Notes: generated from the letters alone by a model not told the origin. Positions 1 through 13,395 are shown, numbered from the stretch's first letter. The stretch: DNA of 64,000 nt from Tubiluchus corallicola (GCA_030141605.1 JAQGDQ010001004.1:7169-71168); one strand, 5' to 3'. Program-made: numbers and translations.

Positions 1-1
1 A

Positions 2-300
2 CTTGAATTGGATTAAAATTGTCAATGATTTAAATCAGAGTTCCTTTTTTACGTTACCAAAAGCTTTTCAAAGTTGCACATTACAACCCAGTCATAAAAT
101 AATTCTAGCAAAATCGCTATGACCCGGATTATAATAATCAGCAATTTTAATCAGAATTGAATTTTTAATTATAAAAATCGTCCGATGACAGACCATTTCG
201 TGGCATATTGATAAAAGAGCAACAGCAGATTTTCGTAAACAAACACGTTTTTCACCCAAATTTGCATTCTGCTAAAATGCATCTATGACGTCTAACATAC
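2..300 (+). repeat. Duplicated segment A, copy 1 (paralogous to 13103-13395)
   Basis: Same-orientation colinear match: CTTGAATTGGATTA-AATTGTCAATG, AAAGTTGCACATTACAACCCAGTCA and TTTTTCACCCAAATTTG occur in both copies. Confidence 0.85.
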
Positions 301-779
301 GGCATGAAATATAAAAATTGGACAATAATTAGTTAGTTGTAAAATTACAAACGTCTAAAACGTTTATTTTGCGACCTAACCCGTTACAAGGATTCCTCAT
401 TCGCAAAAGACCAAAAGTAGCAACGCTGTTGAATTACCTTCCGTAGACGCCATTAATTTATACGTAGACGCCATTTTCTTTTATACCGACGGCCGAATTA
501 CAGATTTCTTAAATTTTTAAACCCGGTATCTGTTGCATACTTTTACGTAATATGGAGCGCGGTTGGTACGGTGACAAATATTACCCACCGCCATGACACT
601 CAAAACTGTGACGTCATTTCTTAGCCGTAGTACAGTAAACAACCAGCGACCCCAGAAAGCAGATCACTGTGAACAGAGCGGTTATTGCTGAGTAATGACA
701 TATCTATTCATAAAGATGTTTATTTCAATATTCTTCATCTATTTATATGAAATAAACTTATAAGAATCAGTCTTCAATT

Positions 780-1612
780 TACGAACCTGCAAGGAACGTG
801 AACTTTATAGTAAGAAACACTGTACAATTATTTCAAAATTGCAGACGTCTTGAGACGCGCTCTCTGCACACAAGCGAACAGCTTATTTATAATCCTTTTG
901 AATTGGCAAGTTACTCAATGCACACAAAGGAAGATTTTAGCCTTCAACAATCCTGTCTGGAATTTAATTATAATTGAAATCTTGTGAAGTGTTGAGCTGA
1001 GATGCAGTTTATGCCGTCACGCGATGTGCACAAAGGAAGATTTTAATCTGTAATACAAATATGTCTGCGATAAGACAAAAGCTCAATAATCCTTATTTTA
1101 AAATTGACTTCTCAAATTTCACAACAATTTTGGCAGCATGAGATATTGTGGGTAATGACCAACTTTGAAACTGCAATGATAAACCGTTTATGCAGACATA
1201 CAGACTCAAAACCTATGAGTTACGGTTTCTCAAATGTTTTGGCACTGCTAATGTCTCATTGATCATTGTTACTACTGCTTTTACAAACAAAACATATGTC
1301 TGCATAAAGACTACAGAAGTCTACACAGCTATAGTACTATTAAATAATTTTTTATGTAAATAAATCTCGGTTAGGTTCACGCCAAGTGGAAAAATCTGGA
1401 TTCCTTGCGATTCGTGAGACATGGGTTCGATTCTCGTTTGGGCAGTTTTACTTGCGATGCTGGTTGTTTGTACGGTATAGAGAGAATATTTCACACATGA
1501 ACAAGGCCGAGACACCTCTGGTTGTTCAGTGGCTCATCTTCAGGGGTTGCCCTTGATAGTGAGCCAGATTCAGCTCAGGCCACATCACAAACATCTCCAT
1601 TTTTTGATACCA
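780..1612 (+). repeat. Duplicated segment B, copy 1 (paralogous to 16330-17173)
   Basis: Colinear shared blocks: TTGAGCTGAGATGC-GTTTATGCC, AAATGTTTTGGCACTGCTA, GAGACACCTCT, GTTCAGTGGCTCATCTTCA, CCACATCACAAACATC, TTTTTGATACCAT. Confidence 0.85.
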
Positions 1613-2584
1613 TCAGTTCAATACATAACTATGTTTACAGTGTGTCATAATTTCAAGAACAAGTTATTGTTAAGTTGCGTACAATAAAGTTTAAAACTCT
1701 GAGCTGATGAAAAAAGAAATATCTGACTGTGTAAACGTTAACTTTCCTTCAAAATTATTCAACACAAAGAACGTTCAAATCCAAGATGCTGCAATGTTTA
1801 TTTTAGAACAAGTTTTGTTCTTTTGTGCTCGGGATGTGAAAAATGTCTGAAATTTTCCCATTATCTTGTGTCAATACATTAGCCTGGGAGTTTAGAAAAG
1901 GACGCAGCAAACGAGTTAAAAGAAGAAAGTGTTTACACACTTGAATTTCAAAAGGCTGCCTTCCACACCTGGTAAAGAGTTAAGAAATTACAACAGAGTA
2001 ATTACGGACAGGATTACCGATAGGCTGCTGCAATCCAGTAAAATTATCAAAAGCTTTTGTACAAAGGAGTGTGATTCAGTACCACTCCTCATGCTCAACA
2101 GCACCATGCAAAGAGAAGTGATTTTCGCTCTTTCTTGGAAACTTTTGCTGAAAATCATGATGGTTCGATACCCTTATTATTGAACTGCTCATTAAACCTG
2201 CCCATATTTTCATTACAAGTAGTTAAGACAAGCTTTCTATTCTGATGTAACAGACATCAACAGCCATGTCATTAACATTATTAACTTGAACGACGGTAGA
2301 AATTTTCAAATTCAGGTTGAATATTGACTTTAAACGTGTCTAAATGGCTTTTTCTCTGCTTTTAACAAAATTTTCTCACATCGTAAAATTCATGTGTAAA
2401 TCAAACAAACCTAAAAACACCAAGGAAGAGACGAGAAGAAATATCTGACAGTGTAAACTTAGATTCATCAAAGCATTTTACTTTGAACAACTTGAGAGAT
2501 TTGACAAATACTTAATATTCTTCAAAGGCTTTCCTACAAAGAGCTTTTCAATCCAAGATGCTGCAATATTTACCTTAGATGGCG

Positions 2585-2745
2585 CCTGGGAAAGAGTTAA
2601 GCAAATAAAGCAGAGTCATTACACACGTCTTGAACTTCAAGGCTGCATTCCACACCTGTGAAAGAGTTAAGCAAATAAAGCAGAGTGTTTACACACTTGA
2701 ATTTCAAAGGCTGCATTCCACACCTGTGAAAGATTTAACAAAGAA
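2585..2745 (+). repeat. Short tandem array of a ~70-bp AAAGAGTTAA-containing unit; related copies at ~1905-1985 and ~3505-3660
   Basis: Repeated AAAGAGTTAAGCAAATAAAGCAGAG...TTGAA(C/T)TTCAA(A)GGCTGCATTCCACACCTGTG. Confidence 0.7.
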
Positions 2746-5492
2746 AGCAGAGCAAATACAGACAAGACTAATAATAGTCTATGTACAACATTCCGCTAAA
2801 ATTGGCGAAATCTTTTCTACAAAGAAGTGTGAAGCAATAGCCATTTCTCATTATTGCCTAAATACGTATTGCGCATGTCTTAGTATCACTTTCTGCACAG
2901 GAGAAACTTTAAGCTCCAAAATACCTACATTCTTTTAAATTCTTCGTAATTAATTCACGATAACTAATCGAGCAAGACAAAACACGAAGGTTTGGGAGAC
3001 GAACGCCGCTTTTATTGTGAAGCAGCAGCAGGTTCAAATGGAAAGCATGAATGAGATTAATTAAGAGATTAATCCATCACAGCAGTATCTCAATGCAGTT
3101 AAAAAATTTTGGAGTAGCTGATTTAATCATTGCTTGCAGAGTGATGCAAACTGATGCAGTGTGTTGTTTACTTATCTAAATGTTTTCATTATTCACAAAA
3201 TCAATAATGTCCAGGAAACTCTGCAAAAATTTGAGCAAATAAGCCACATGGATACATTCTTATGAGGATTAAACCTCGCGTGAAATGAGTTTTGAACATG
3301 TGATTTATAGACACTGATTCGCGATCAAGAAGTTTGCAAAAATATTTTTCAAAATCACGCCCAATAAAAGCACTTTCAAATTTAATGTGTCTATATTTGA
3401 TTTAAACGTGGATGAACACTTTACTTCTTAGTGTTAAACTGTGAAAAAGTAATTTATCAGATATCAGAATTCTTAAGTAAACTAGTCACACCCTGTTTAC
3501 TGTTTAAATACTGGAAAGAATGAGCTGAAAGACAGAATATTATCAATAGTCTGCAGAAGATTTTTTGTTTGGTTAAGCTGTCACCCTGGAACTCCTGGTG
3601 AAAGAGTTAAGAAGAGACGCTTAGCAAATATAGACAGGAATATCAATAGTCTGCAGAAGTTTTTTGTTTAGCTAACCTCGGGATCCCCAGTGAATGTCAA
3701 GAAGAGATGAAAAGTAGAGATGAGATAAAAGTACCGGATTTTAATCACAAATGATATTGAGCAGAATCATAGTATGACGTTAAGTATTGAAAGTTATAGC
3801 TATTCCTATGAACAACATGCTTCAAATGAGCTGTGCCACTAGGTACTAACAGATTATTAACTGAAATTACCCAAATTTAATCTCCTTTGCCAAAAGAGCG
3901 CTTATCATGTCAAATCATTATCATGTCTTATCATTGGTGCACACAGGGAGAGGTGCCAGAACAAGAGCAAGAAAATAAATTTTGAAAAATTCGGAAAAGT
4001 TTATTAAAAGACTGAAAATAACATGAAAGATTTTAACATGAAAGATTTTGTGCGAAATATCTCAAATCCAATGTGTAAACACAGATTCGTGTGTAACAAC
4101 CCTGATTGTTTGAACAAATGCTATTGCAAATGTTTGACATAATAACTCTTTAGACCCGCGGTAAATTATGTCACGGGTTGTTGTGAAATACTAAACACGA
4201 ATGAATAGTTTCCTGCATGTTTGTGAAGTAATGAAATGTATTTCGAAAAATTCACACTTGTGCAAATACGTCAAACCTGGAAAAAGATGCCAAGATAAGA
4301 GTTAGGAACAACGATAGATTATAAATTAAATGGATTCATAATTTTTATTACTGAACGTATGAACTATTGTGGAGCTTGTAAAAGAATACTCTACGAAGAG
4401 TTTACTCTTACAAACATGGCAGGGCTAAAAATACAAAAACTGTTTGTTCCTGAAAGCTTGAAATAGGCACTCATGGTGTAGTGTAATTATTCGTTTACTT
4501 GGACAAGCAAAAGTTTGAAAAATTAAGTTTATTTTAGCACCCCAAAAACAATAAGTTTTAACAACTGTGTACATAATTCTAAGTTTTTCCAAATTGACTT
4601 TTTGCATTTTGCAATAACTGACTCTATGTGAGCAACTAGAATTTAGTCACTCGTGACAGTTTAGTGGCTCATCTTACCTGTTAAAAACAAAACCTTATGA
4701 AATAAACTTTCATGCCTTCAATTTCAATGAAACACAGAAAAGTAACAATCAGTATTCAACTAAATGATATAATGAAATAAGTTCTGTTGCTTTCTTCATT
4801 TTCAGTGTTTGTATATTTTTTTGCAAACCAATGGATAAAAGATTTGCTTCAATGCCACTCTTTAGCTGAGGCTATTATTAACACGCCTAAGCAATTTTTC
4901 TTGCACCTGGGCGTGCATTCACAGAAAGTAACAGCAACCATGGCAGCTAGCGTTGAACAGTTTTTTAAGCATATTTGATGTTTCAGTTGCGTAATATCCT
5001 TTCTGAAAACCTTATTAGCAATAGAATGCAAGTTCTTACATTTGACACTGATGACAATGAAATTAATTTGAATGATAATTCATCTGACATTGCATGGAGA
5101 ATATAAAGTCTGTTTACCTATAATTAGTATGCGTTTATTTGTGTTATGCTAAAAAATTGCTAGCATTACAATAAAATTGCGATATTTTTTAATTGAAATT
5201 AACTTACAGCTAGTAACTGGCAGTTGCAGTTATCGGAAAGACGGTGACAGTAACCTGTTAGATGCGTGTTAGATGCTGATAGATAAATTAATGTAGAAAA
5301 ATGCAACACAGACATGCTGTACCTATGTTCAAAGTCAAGAGACTTAATATTTCTGACTCCTTGAAATTAATTTCGTTTAAAAATAGCTGCTGTTTTGCAA
5401 GTTTCTGTTTATAAAAAGTGCAATCAGTTTATCTGTTTATTAGACATTAGTTGTGACTGTCATGTTGTTTAGTTTACTTTAGTTTTGTTTAG

Positions 5493-5607
5493 ACGGTTGT
5501 TATCCAGTGTGAGCTGTTGTCCTGAATGTTGATGACAACGCTTACGATACAGTGGGGGTGGAGCGAAAGACCAACGTGTTTGACGTCAGCTGTAGTGCTA
5601 GAAATAA
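5493..5607 (+). pseudogene. Candidate orphan pseudo-exon of unidentified origin
   Basis: Acceptor TTTTGTTTAG and donor AA|GTAAAC bracket a GC-richer 115-nt segment. It reads (D)GCYPV*AVVLNVDDNAYDTVGVERKTNVFDVSCSARN with one in-frame TGA. Family not recognised. Confidence 0.3.
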
Positions 5608-7503
5608 GTAAACTGTCATATTGTGTTTCCACCATTGCAAAATTCTTAGCAAGTAAACAAATTCAGTACTAAATTAACCAGCAAATAAATAAATGTGCAC
5701 TATACTAGCTGGGGATGTACGCTGATACTTCTACAGCGCACCTGCCCATTGTTATAATCAGCTGCGTCTAGGGAAGGGCAGACCCACCTGTAGCAAGAGG
5801 TTAAATTCCAGTACAATTTTCATAACACCTTCGTGACTCTATACAGCTGTTAATTTCCAAGCTCACAGTGATTTGAAGAGGCTTTTTACAAATTCTTGTG
5901 CACAAAAGAATGTTCTACAGTCTATATGTTGATCAGGTTTAGGTACAAGCTATCATTTGGATATTAGAAGGCTTTGAAACGAAAATTCTGTGGAAATTCT
6001 TCAAACCTTATTTGTCATCCTTTAATTTCACCATTGAGTCTAATTATTTTATTTTATTTACAGTAATAGAAAGTCTCTTTCAGAAAATATGAAGTTTTGC
6101 ACTAGTAGTTCATGCAATTAAGCTGTTATGTGTATTTTTGTACGGAGTTGTCAAAACTTCACAAATATTTGTAGTCGTGAAGGAATTAAATTTCAAAGAA
6201 GATCACGATTTTTAGAAGTCCACATCTAAAGTGTTTTTGTGTTCATTTTGACTAATGTTTATTTACGTGATATAGGATGTTTTGAAACTTTCTCCTCTTA
6301 TCCAAACGGCAATTATTAACAGGCAGTCTCAGGTTTAAATATCATAGCATACAAAAATTTTGAAAAGCTATTAAACTAGCAACCCAAAACTAAAAACTTA
6401 AACGTGATTATAGTCCTTTCAATTTTATCAACAGAAACTTTACTTGAAACAGAAACGGTAGAATGCACTAGTGCACTAATACACCAAGGCGTTGTATTAT
6501 TACAAGCATTAAGTTAACTTCCAACAGAAAAAACAGAACATTCCACTGTTTTGTCCCAATCAGCTCAAATAGAGCTGCTTTTTGTCTTCTGTCACTTAGT
6601 GAGATAATGGAATAAGTGAGAGGTGATGTAAGGAGTAGCTAGTAATAAAGATTACGCATTACAAAAACTTACAACTAAAAGGATGGGTGGCTGCTAGAAA
6701 AATTCAGCCTTAAGAATCAGTATAGAAAGTCTTTGAGTGATAACTATAGAGTAATACTTGCATATTACCAAGATAATATTGATTCTATAAAATATTCTTC
6801 AGTTTTTCTTTATTTTTTTAGTACATTTTGAGGGCATTTTTTTTGTTCTGCTTTTCTTTTTCAAAAAATTTTATTACAGGTAGGCCATAATTATTTAATT
6901 AATTGTAAATTTGATTTTAATTTTTGGTTTTTCATGAAGTTTTGTAAAGAAGTTTGTATGTAATTATTTAAATAATTAATTATAAACTTTGCAAAATCTC
7001 TTGACACTAACTTTGTATCATGTATTGCATATGAGTTATTGTAATGCAAGAAAAATTGGTTCATTTCCTTACATCTGATATTGTAAATGTACTTACTAAA
7101 TGGCTGCTACTCCTCAACCCTTAGTCTCCCAAGTGCAGCCAACTGAGTGTTGCTAAGCTGTGCTCTGCAAACACACAGTTCTCCTCTTTTACATGTATAC
7201 AAACGAGTATATACGAACACATAACACAAGGATTTCTTAAAACAATTTTGTTATGTTTATAAGTAGTTGTGCTGTTTTAAGTTGAACGTTATTTAGATGT
7301 TTAAACTTAAATTATTGTAAATAGGAGGGTTTATATTTAGTAGATTTTTTTAAAAAACTTAAAATATTTTTTGTCAAAATTTTACCGGAAAGATTTTGGA
7401 TGTTTCCTCTCCTTATTAGTAAACAGTCTCACATTTTTGGTCTTACCGAAGTTGCAACATAATTATTACTTGAGGTAGTATTTTTCTGTGCACCTGCATG
7501 TGT

Positions 7504-7734
7504 AAGCAAACAGGTACCAAGCGTCAGTTGGCTGTGACGAATGATGACTATGCAATGGGTGCTCTTGTTGTGGCACACTCTCTCAAGCAAACAGGTATGA
7601 TGCATAAGTTGATTGTGATGAACAATGACTATGCAACGTGTGCACTTGTTGTGGCACACTCTCTCAAGCAAACAGGTACCAAGCACCAGTTGGTTGTGAT
7701 GAACAAAGACTATGCAATGGGTGCTCTTGTTGTG
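7504..7734 (+). pseudogene. Glycogenin N-terminal fragment, 81-bp unit repeated ~2.85 times in frame
   Basis: Units start at 7504, 7585 and 7666. The translation TNDDYAMGALVVAHSLKQTG..HKLIVM resembles the glycogenin (GT8) N-terminus TNDAYAKGALVLGSSLK...LVVL. I see no DXD motif or downstream glycogenin exons. Confidence 0.8.
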
Positions 7735-7885
7735 TTCTGTTTTACAAACATTGCAAATAAGATTATAATAAAGTGCAGAGTTCGTGAAAGAAGAAATACC
7801 TGACTGTGTAAACATAGATTCTTCATCCCAGGGCATTTCGATCAACTTGAGAGATTTCACAAAGATTTAACATTCCTACAAAGGC

Positions 7886-8152
7886 AGCTTTCCCATCTTC
7901 AGTCCTTCCTAATAGCTCTCTCACCTTCAGTCCTTCCTAATAGCTCTCCCACATTCGGTCCTTCCTAATAACTCTCTCACCTTCTGTCCTTCCTAGTAGC
8001 TCTCCCATTTTCAGTCCTTCCTAATAGCTCTCCCACCTTCTGTTCTTCCTAGTAGCTCTCCCATTTTCAGTCGTTCCTAATAGCTCTCCCATCTTCAATC
8101 CTTCCTAATAGCTCTCCCATCTTCAGTCCTTCCTAGTAGCTCTCCCATCTTC
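7886..8152. repeat. 28-bp minisatellite, about 9 copies
   Basis: Consensus TTCAGTCCTTCCTAATAGCTCTCCCATC. Confidence 0.95.
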
Positions 8153-8159
8153 CCAAAAA

Positions 8160-8480
8160 AACTGCAAAAGTTATACCTCTTATTTCTAGAGAATGGGAAC
8201 GTTTCGTCTGCAGTGCCAGTAACGGCTAGATAGCTCGTTCAAAAGTCATGTGTGTTTTATAGTCATATTTAGTTCTTGCGGGAGGGCCACAGCGTCCCGT
8301 GACATGCGTTTTCCTGGACACAATCACGCAAATTTTGCAGAAAACTGCTCAAACAGCCTACAGGAAAACTTAATTTGTGCAACTGTTTGGCCATGTTGCC
8401 TAATAGCCTCGCATAAAGAGGACAAAATGGTCCATAAAATGTTGGGGGTTTTTTGAGAGAGATGTCCACTAGACGCAAGA
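8160..8480 (+). mobile_element. Degenerate internal fragment related to the Helitron-like element at 17184-19012
   Basis: TGCAAAAGTTATAC, TAGATAGC-CGTTCA, GAGGGCCAC-G-GTCCCG, GCGTTTTCC-GGAC and CAAACAGCCT are colinear with 17405-17720. Confidence 0.7.
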
Positions 8481-8484
8481 ATGT

Positions 8485-8565
8485 TCTTTCCGGCGAAACA
8501 ATAGTCACACATGGAGTCCCCCAGGGATCTATTTTGGAACCTCTGTTGTTTTTAATATACATTTA
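8485..8565 (+). mobile_element. Small non-LTR retrotransposon reverse transcriptase fragment
   Basis: Translates as LSGETIVTHGVPQGSILEPLLFLIYI, containing the GVPQGS RT motif. Confidence 0.75.
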
Positions 8566-10762
8566 CTAACTTACAAAATAGAATTACTGATTTCAAATTC
8601 AATTTTTTTGTCTCTCTCAATTGCTTACAAAGTATATGAAATTAAAGTCTGTAAATTCAATTAACAAAAATTGAGACAGGGTGGCGAAGGGCCAGGGGGT
8701 CATCAAGCAGCCACCCCCATACAAATATGTTATATTACATACCACGGTTTTTTTAATTTAACAATAAGAATAGTTATGTCAATTATTTGTGTGTCTGAGG
8801 AGACAATAATTTATTTTTCTGCAAATAGCGTTAAATCATTACAGATATTTTGAAGTTTATGGTGAGCAAAATGAGCAAATTTATGCAACATAATATTATT
8901 TTTAGAAATACAGTTTCGTGAAATGCAGTGTCGATTAACCACTCATTATAAAATAAATTAAATAAACTGGAAAGAACAAAAATAAACAGAAACCATACGT
9001 TACAATAACCTATAGTAAGAAACAAAAATATGAGCAAAACAAAAGAAAAAACAAATCAGAATGTAATCAGAACTTAAGTTAACTTGATGAAACAACAATT
9101 TTCTTATAGCCTTGCTAATTAACTCATTGAAACCAGCTAGTACTTGCATGCTTAGTATTTACCATATAATAATAATAATAATAATAATAATAACAGTGAC
9201 AATAATAATAATGTTAAAAATATTAAATGTGATGAAAATATAATACCAGAATGTCCTGTCAGGTCTGTTCACACATTATGTATGAATGCATTACGCACAT
9301 GCAGATGCGGGTTAGTAGTAGTTTAGACATTGGAAAGCCTGTTGTGATTGAACATAAGCATAAAAGTTCTAGCTTACGCACATTCTTCAGTTTTATGATT
9401 TTCAATTTATCTTAAATGGGTGTTTAACAGAAATCTTTGTTATTATGCTAATTTTAGTGAAGACTCAATTATTTTACTACTTTCACTAATAATATGTTGA
9501 ATGTGTGATATCACTGAAAGGTTTGAATCGATTGAGCCAGGTTGTGTCTTAATTGATTACATTGTTAAATTTAATGCAATGTTTTTTATTTTTTGGGAAT
9601 TGCCATATTATTTTTGGCATAATTTACAGACATTTGATTAGACCGCATCCAAATGTTAACTTTGTGTACAAAAATATATTTTCGAAAGACAATATCACTG
9701 GACATTCTGTTTCCAGAAAATTGTTTTTTCCAGAAACAGGAAAAACAGGGTTAGGGTTTCTGTAAAATGTCCCTGAGGTGAGTCAGTGACATTTTACCAA
9801 TTGGCAGGAACATTCTAAATTATTATTTCTAATTACACATGTCTTTACAGCAGGTAGGGGAAATGGTAAGTAATACAGATTTGCATGGAAGTTTTTTGGG
9901 ACAAAATTTAACATCATTTTTTCTTCCGTTGACTAACGTTTATGCAGGTGACGTCATGTAATGTCACCGTAGGATCAGCATTGTAGGAGTAATTCTAAAC
10001 AAACAAAAAAATCCCTTCAGAGCGATATATGCACAAAATTGGTGTAAACCAGTATAATTTTAGGACGATTTTCTGAAACCTACTTCAGGTTCCCCCTTTC
10101 TTGTCGTTTAATTCCCTAACATGGTAGGAGAGAATCTAGGTAAAATTTTGGGGTATGAAGAGACGGGTTGGTTACGCTGGGAACAAATCTAAATACTTAA
10201 TAATTGATTTTACTTCATCATTTGATTGGGTTAGTTAGCCAGCCACTTATTATTTAAGCAGTTAGTCAATTAGTGAATAATTACTTGCTTCAGTGAGCGA
10301 GTAAAGAAATAAAAAGAAAACAAAAAATAAGAGAACAAATAACTTGTATAAGTAAACAAAAGCTTACTGACAAGAGAACATTTAACTGTCTGAGAGAGTG
10401 ACATGATATGATACGATTATTTTATTACAAACTATAGTTCAGTTTACAAAATACAACATCACACATTTACAACAAAATTGCTAAACAAATAAAAAAAGAA
10501 AATTAATTGCTAAATTACAGTTTAATATGCACTAATCATGAATAAGTGTTTGACTGATTAATTGACAGGAAGACTAACTGACTTAATTACTGTTTCACCA
10601 AAAGATAAACTGGTTGATTGACTGAATGACCAACTAACTACTCAACTAGAAATGAATTTAACTAATTAACTATCTAATTAACCAAATAAGTTACCAATGT
10701 ATCATCCAATGTCTTTAATCGATGGATTAAATTAGCAACTTGACACAAAAAAATAAAACAAG

Positions 10763-11320
10763 CTGCAAACCCTCTATACTGCCAAACCTGCCATACTGCC
10801 AAATCCGCCACACTGTCGAACCTGCCATACCTGTAAACCCACTATACTGAAAAAACCTGTCAAACCTGCCATGCTGCCAAACATGTTAAACCTGCTAGCC
10901 CGCAATACTGACAAACCTGCTGTTTTGGATATAAGCACGTGGTGCCTCCTGGTGTTTGTTTTTCCTATTTTAGACAGGTGAGCTAAGACAGGAAATAGGC
11001 CATTGGCCCCATTTCACAGTGAGGATATGAAAGAAGTGAGTCACCAGTATGCGGCAAAGTTTCATTTCTTTACATTTCGTCGTGTCATATTATTGTTAAC
11101 TATCATTATACCAGTTACTTATTTTGACGTTGGTTTAGCAGAAATAATTTTTTTTCAGATAAAACGAAGTCCAACGCATGTCGCGTACAGCTGCCATACC
11201 CGCCATACTGCCAAACAAGCTAAACCTGCCACACTGACAAACCTGTCATACCCACCAAACCTGCCATAGTGCCAAAAATACCAAGGGTGCCATACCTGCC
11301 ATACCACCAAGCTTATCATA
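10763..11320. repeat. Degenerate (CTGCCAAACCTGCCATA)-type minisatellite, split by an insertion at 10921-11189
   Basis: The same motif lies on both sides of the insertion (10763-10920 and 11190-11320). Confidence 0.85.
10921..11189. mobile_element. Putative solo LTR (269 bp)
   Basis: Begins TGT and ends ACA. Flanks are CCTGC (10916-10920) and GCTGC (11190-11194), a 5-bp TSD with one mismatch. It cleanly interrupts a minisatellite unit. Confidence 0.6.
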
Positions 11321-11786
11321 TCACAAAGTTAAAACTAAATGATTGACTAACTATTCATATATATATAGATAATATATATATAATTATCTTTATTTGCCAT
11401 TAAAATACATTGTTAATCACTGAATAAAAACTTTACAGAGATGGTCACTCAGTGTTAGTTAATAAAACCTTACACTGCTAAAGGCAAATGCGTCAGTGCA
11501 ATCTAAACTACTGTGCTGTCATGGAAAGTAACGATGAATAAAATCAAACTGGTTTACAAATATGCACAAAAAATGAAAAAAATATGAATGAATTAATTAA
11601 TTAGCACAGGCGACCAACTGCCTAGCTTAGCTAACTAACTAATTAACAATCTTCACACAGTCACCTTTTTTGTACAGCACGAAGCCTCAAATCATTATAT
11701 GTCCCCTGCTTTGCTTGTTGTGCTGCGTTTCGAAAAAAAAAGAATTAGTACGCCACTTACTGGCGCACTGGCACACACAGACGCTG

Positions 11787-11843
11787 CAAAATGGCGGACA
11801 TTGAGAAAATTTGCCAGATGCTCTTTTTAACTTTTCAGTAAGT
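11787..11843 (+). promoter_or_regulatory. Candidate 5' end or first exon: YY1-type motif overlapping an ATG, followed by a splice donor
   Basis: CAAAATGGCGG with ATG at 11791 gives MADIEKICQMLFLTF, then CA|GTAAGT at 11837/11838, in a locally CpG-rich patch. No downstream exon securely linked. Confidence 0.3.
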
Positions 11844-13102
11844 TTACAGTTAGATATTTCTTTGTTTTTGTTGCTACTTGCTAGACTGTGGCGCGATAAA
11901 AATATCGTTCTTTGCTAGCCCACAAACAAAAATATTTCACGAAATATTAGTTAGTTTAAAAAAGTTGTTTTTTTATTAATAGGAGGTATGTTTCAACTTT
12001 TTTGCGTCAGTGTGTAGATAAAGGACGCAACTTACTATTGGATCCCTGCTTTCAGCGGTATTTCTAATTTGGGCGATCTGAGAGTGCCTTAAAGTTCCCT
12101 AAACTGTAATCAGGCCTTATATACAACCAAACAATATTATTGTGTCATGATAGATCACAGTTCTACACGACCTATTTATGCAAAACAAAGTAAGTAATTT
12201 AAAACGATTGCTCATAAGATTAACACTTACCATAAAACAAAGCGGCACAGCTATAAAGACAGAATTAGCTTGCTGATGCCTGACATAAACATTGTAAAGC
12301 AAATTCATACTCCATGCCATATTCCAGACAAATCACGCGGATGACGTCACGAATGAACTTGAGCTACAGTAGCTGCTTACAACTTAAGGAGGCTTTAAAT
12401 TCAATAAACACACAGGCGCTTTTTCACTTTTACTGAAACAACGTTAATTTAAAACTTGCTTTATGAAATGCCACCATTCCATTTTTAAATCACCTTGCAG
12501 CCACAATCTGTTTATTAGACAAAATAGAAGCGTGACCACTTCTGTGGTTAAGTGCAAAGAATAAATTGTTTCATACAGAAACCAACATTTTCACTTTTCT
12601 AACAAAATCACACATTTTGCACTCAAAATCAATATTATGCTTCACTAAAAGCTCTTCTATTTTCGCCTAGAGCACTGCTCACGCTTATAGCAAGACTGCA
12701 AAGCAAATGATTTGCTTGAGTTCTCTCGTCTTCACGCATCTGAAGGTTACGCCTATAAACTGACGAGTTGGAGTTGGTCACCATGACAGCCTTTTAACTC
12801 CGCCTCAGATTCATGCGCACTACAAATATAGTGCCAATAATGTTTGTTTGAACATGTTTAATAAACGCAAAGTTCTTCTTTAAGGACTTCTTTAAGCTTG
12901 CTCGCACATCCCATTTTTTATTCAAACTGTAAAATACTTCGTATGTGTTTATTAATTGCACATAATTTCGATTGAAATTGTAATACAACAATCGGGCATT
13001 ACAAAAACTAGAATGGACATGTATGTCGTGAAAAGCTGTTCAGGTTTGTTCATTACACTCACATTTATGCAACTCTGGTATGTTCTTATGAAAATAAATG
13101 GC

Positions 13103-13395
13103 CTTGAATTGGATTATAATTGTCAATGTCAATTTTCAAATTTGTGTTCCTTTTTTACGTTACGAAAAGCTCTTCAAAGTTGCACATTACAACCCAGTCA
13201 AAAAGTAACCAAAATAAATCCATTAAAATTGCGGATTTTAATAATCAACACTTCTGATCAGAATTGAATTTTTAATTTTAAAAATTGTTCCGTGACGTGG
13301 ACCATTTTATGGCATGTTAGTAATAGAGCTACAGCTGATTTCTGCAAACAAACATGTTTTTCACCCAAATTTGGTAAAATGCATCTCCTTCATAT
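13103..13395 (+). repeat. Duplicated segment A, copy 2
   Basis: Colinear with 2-300. Confidence 0.85.
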
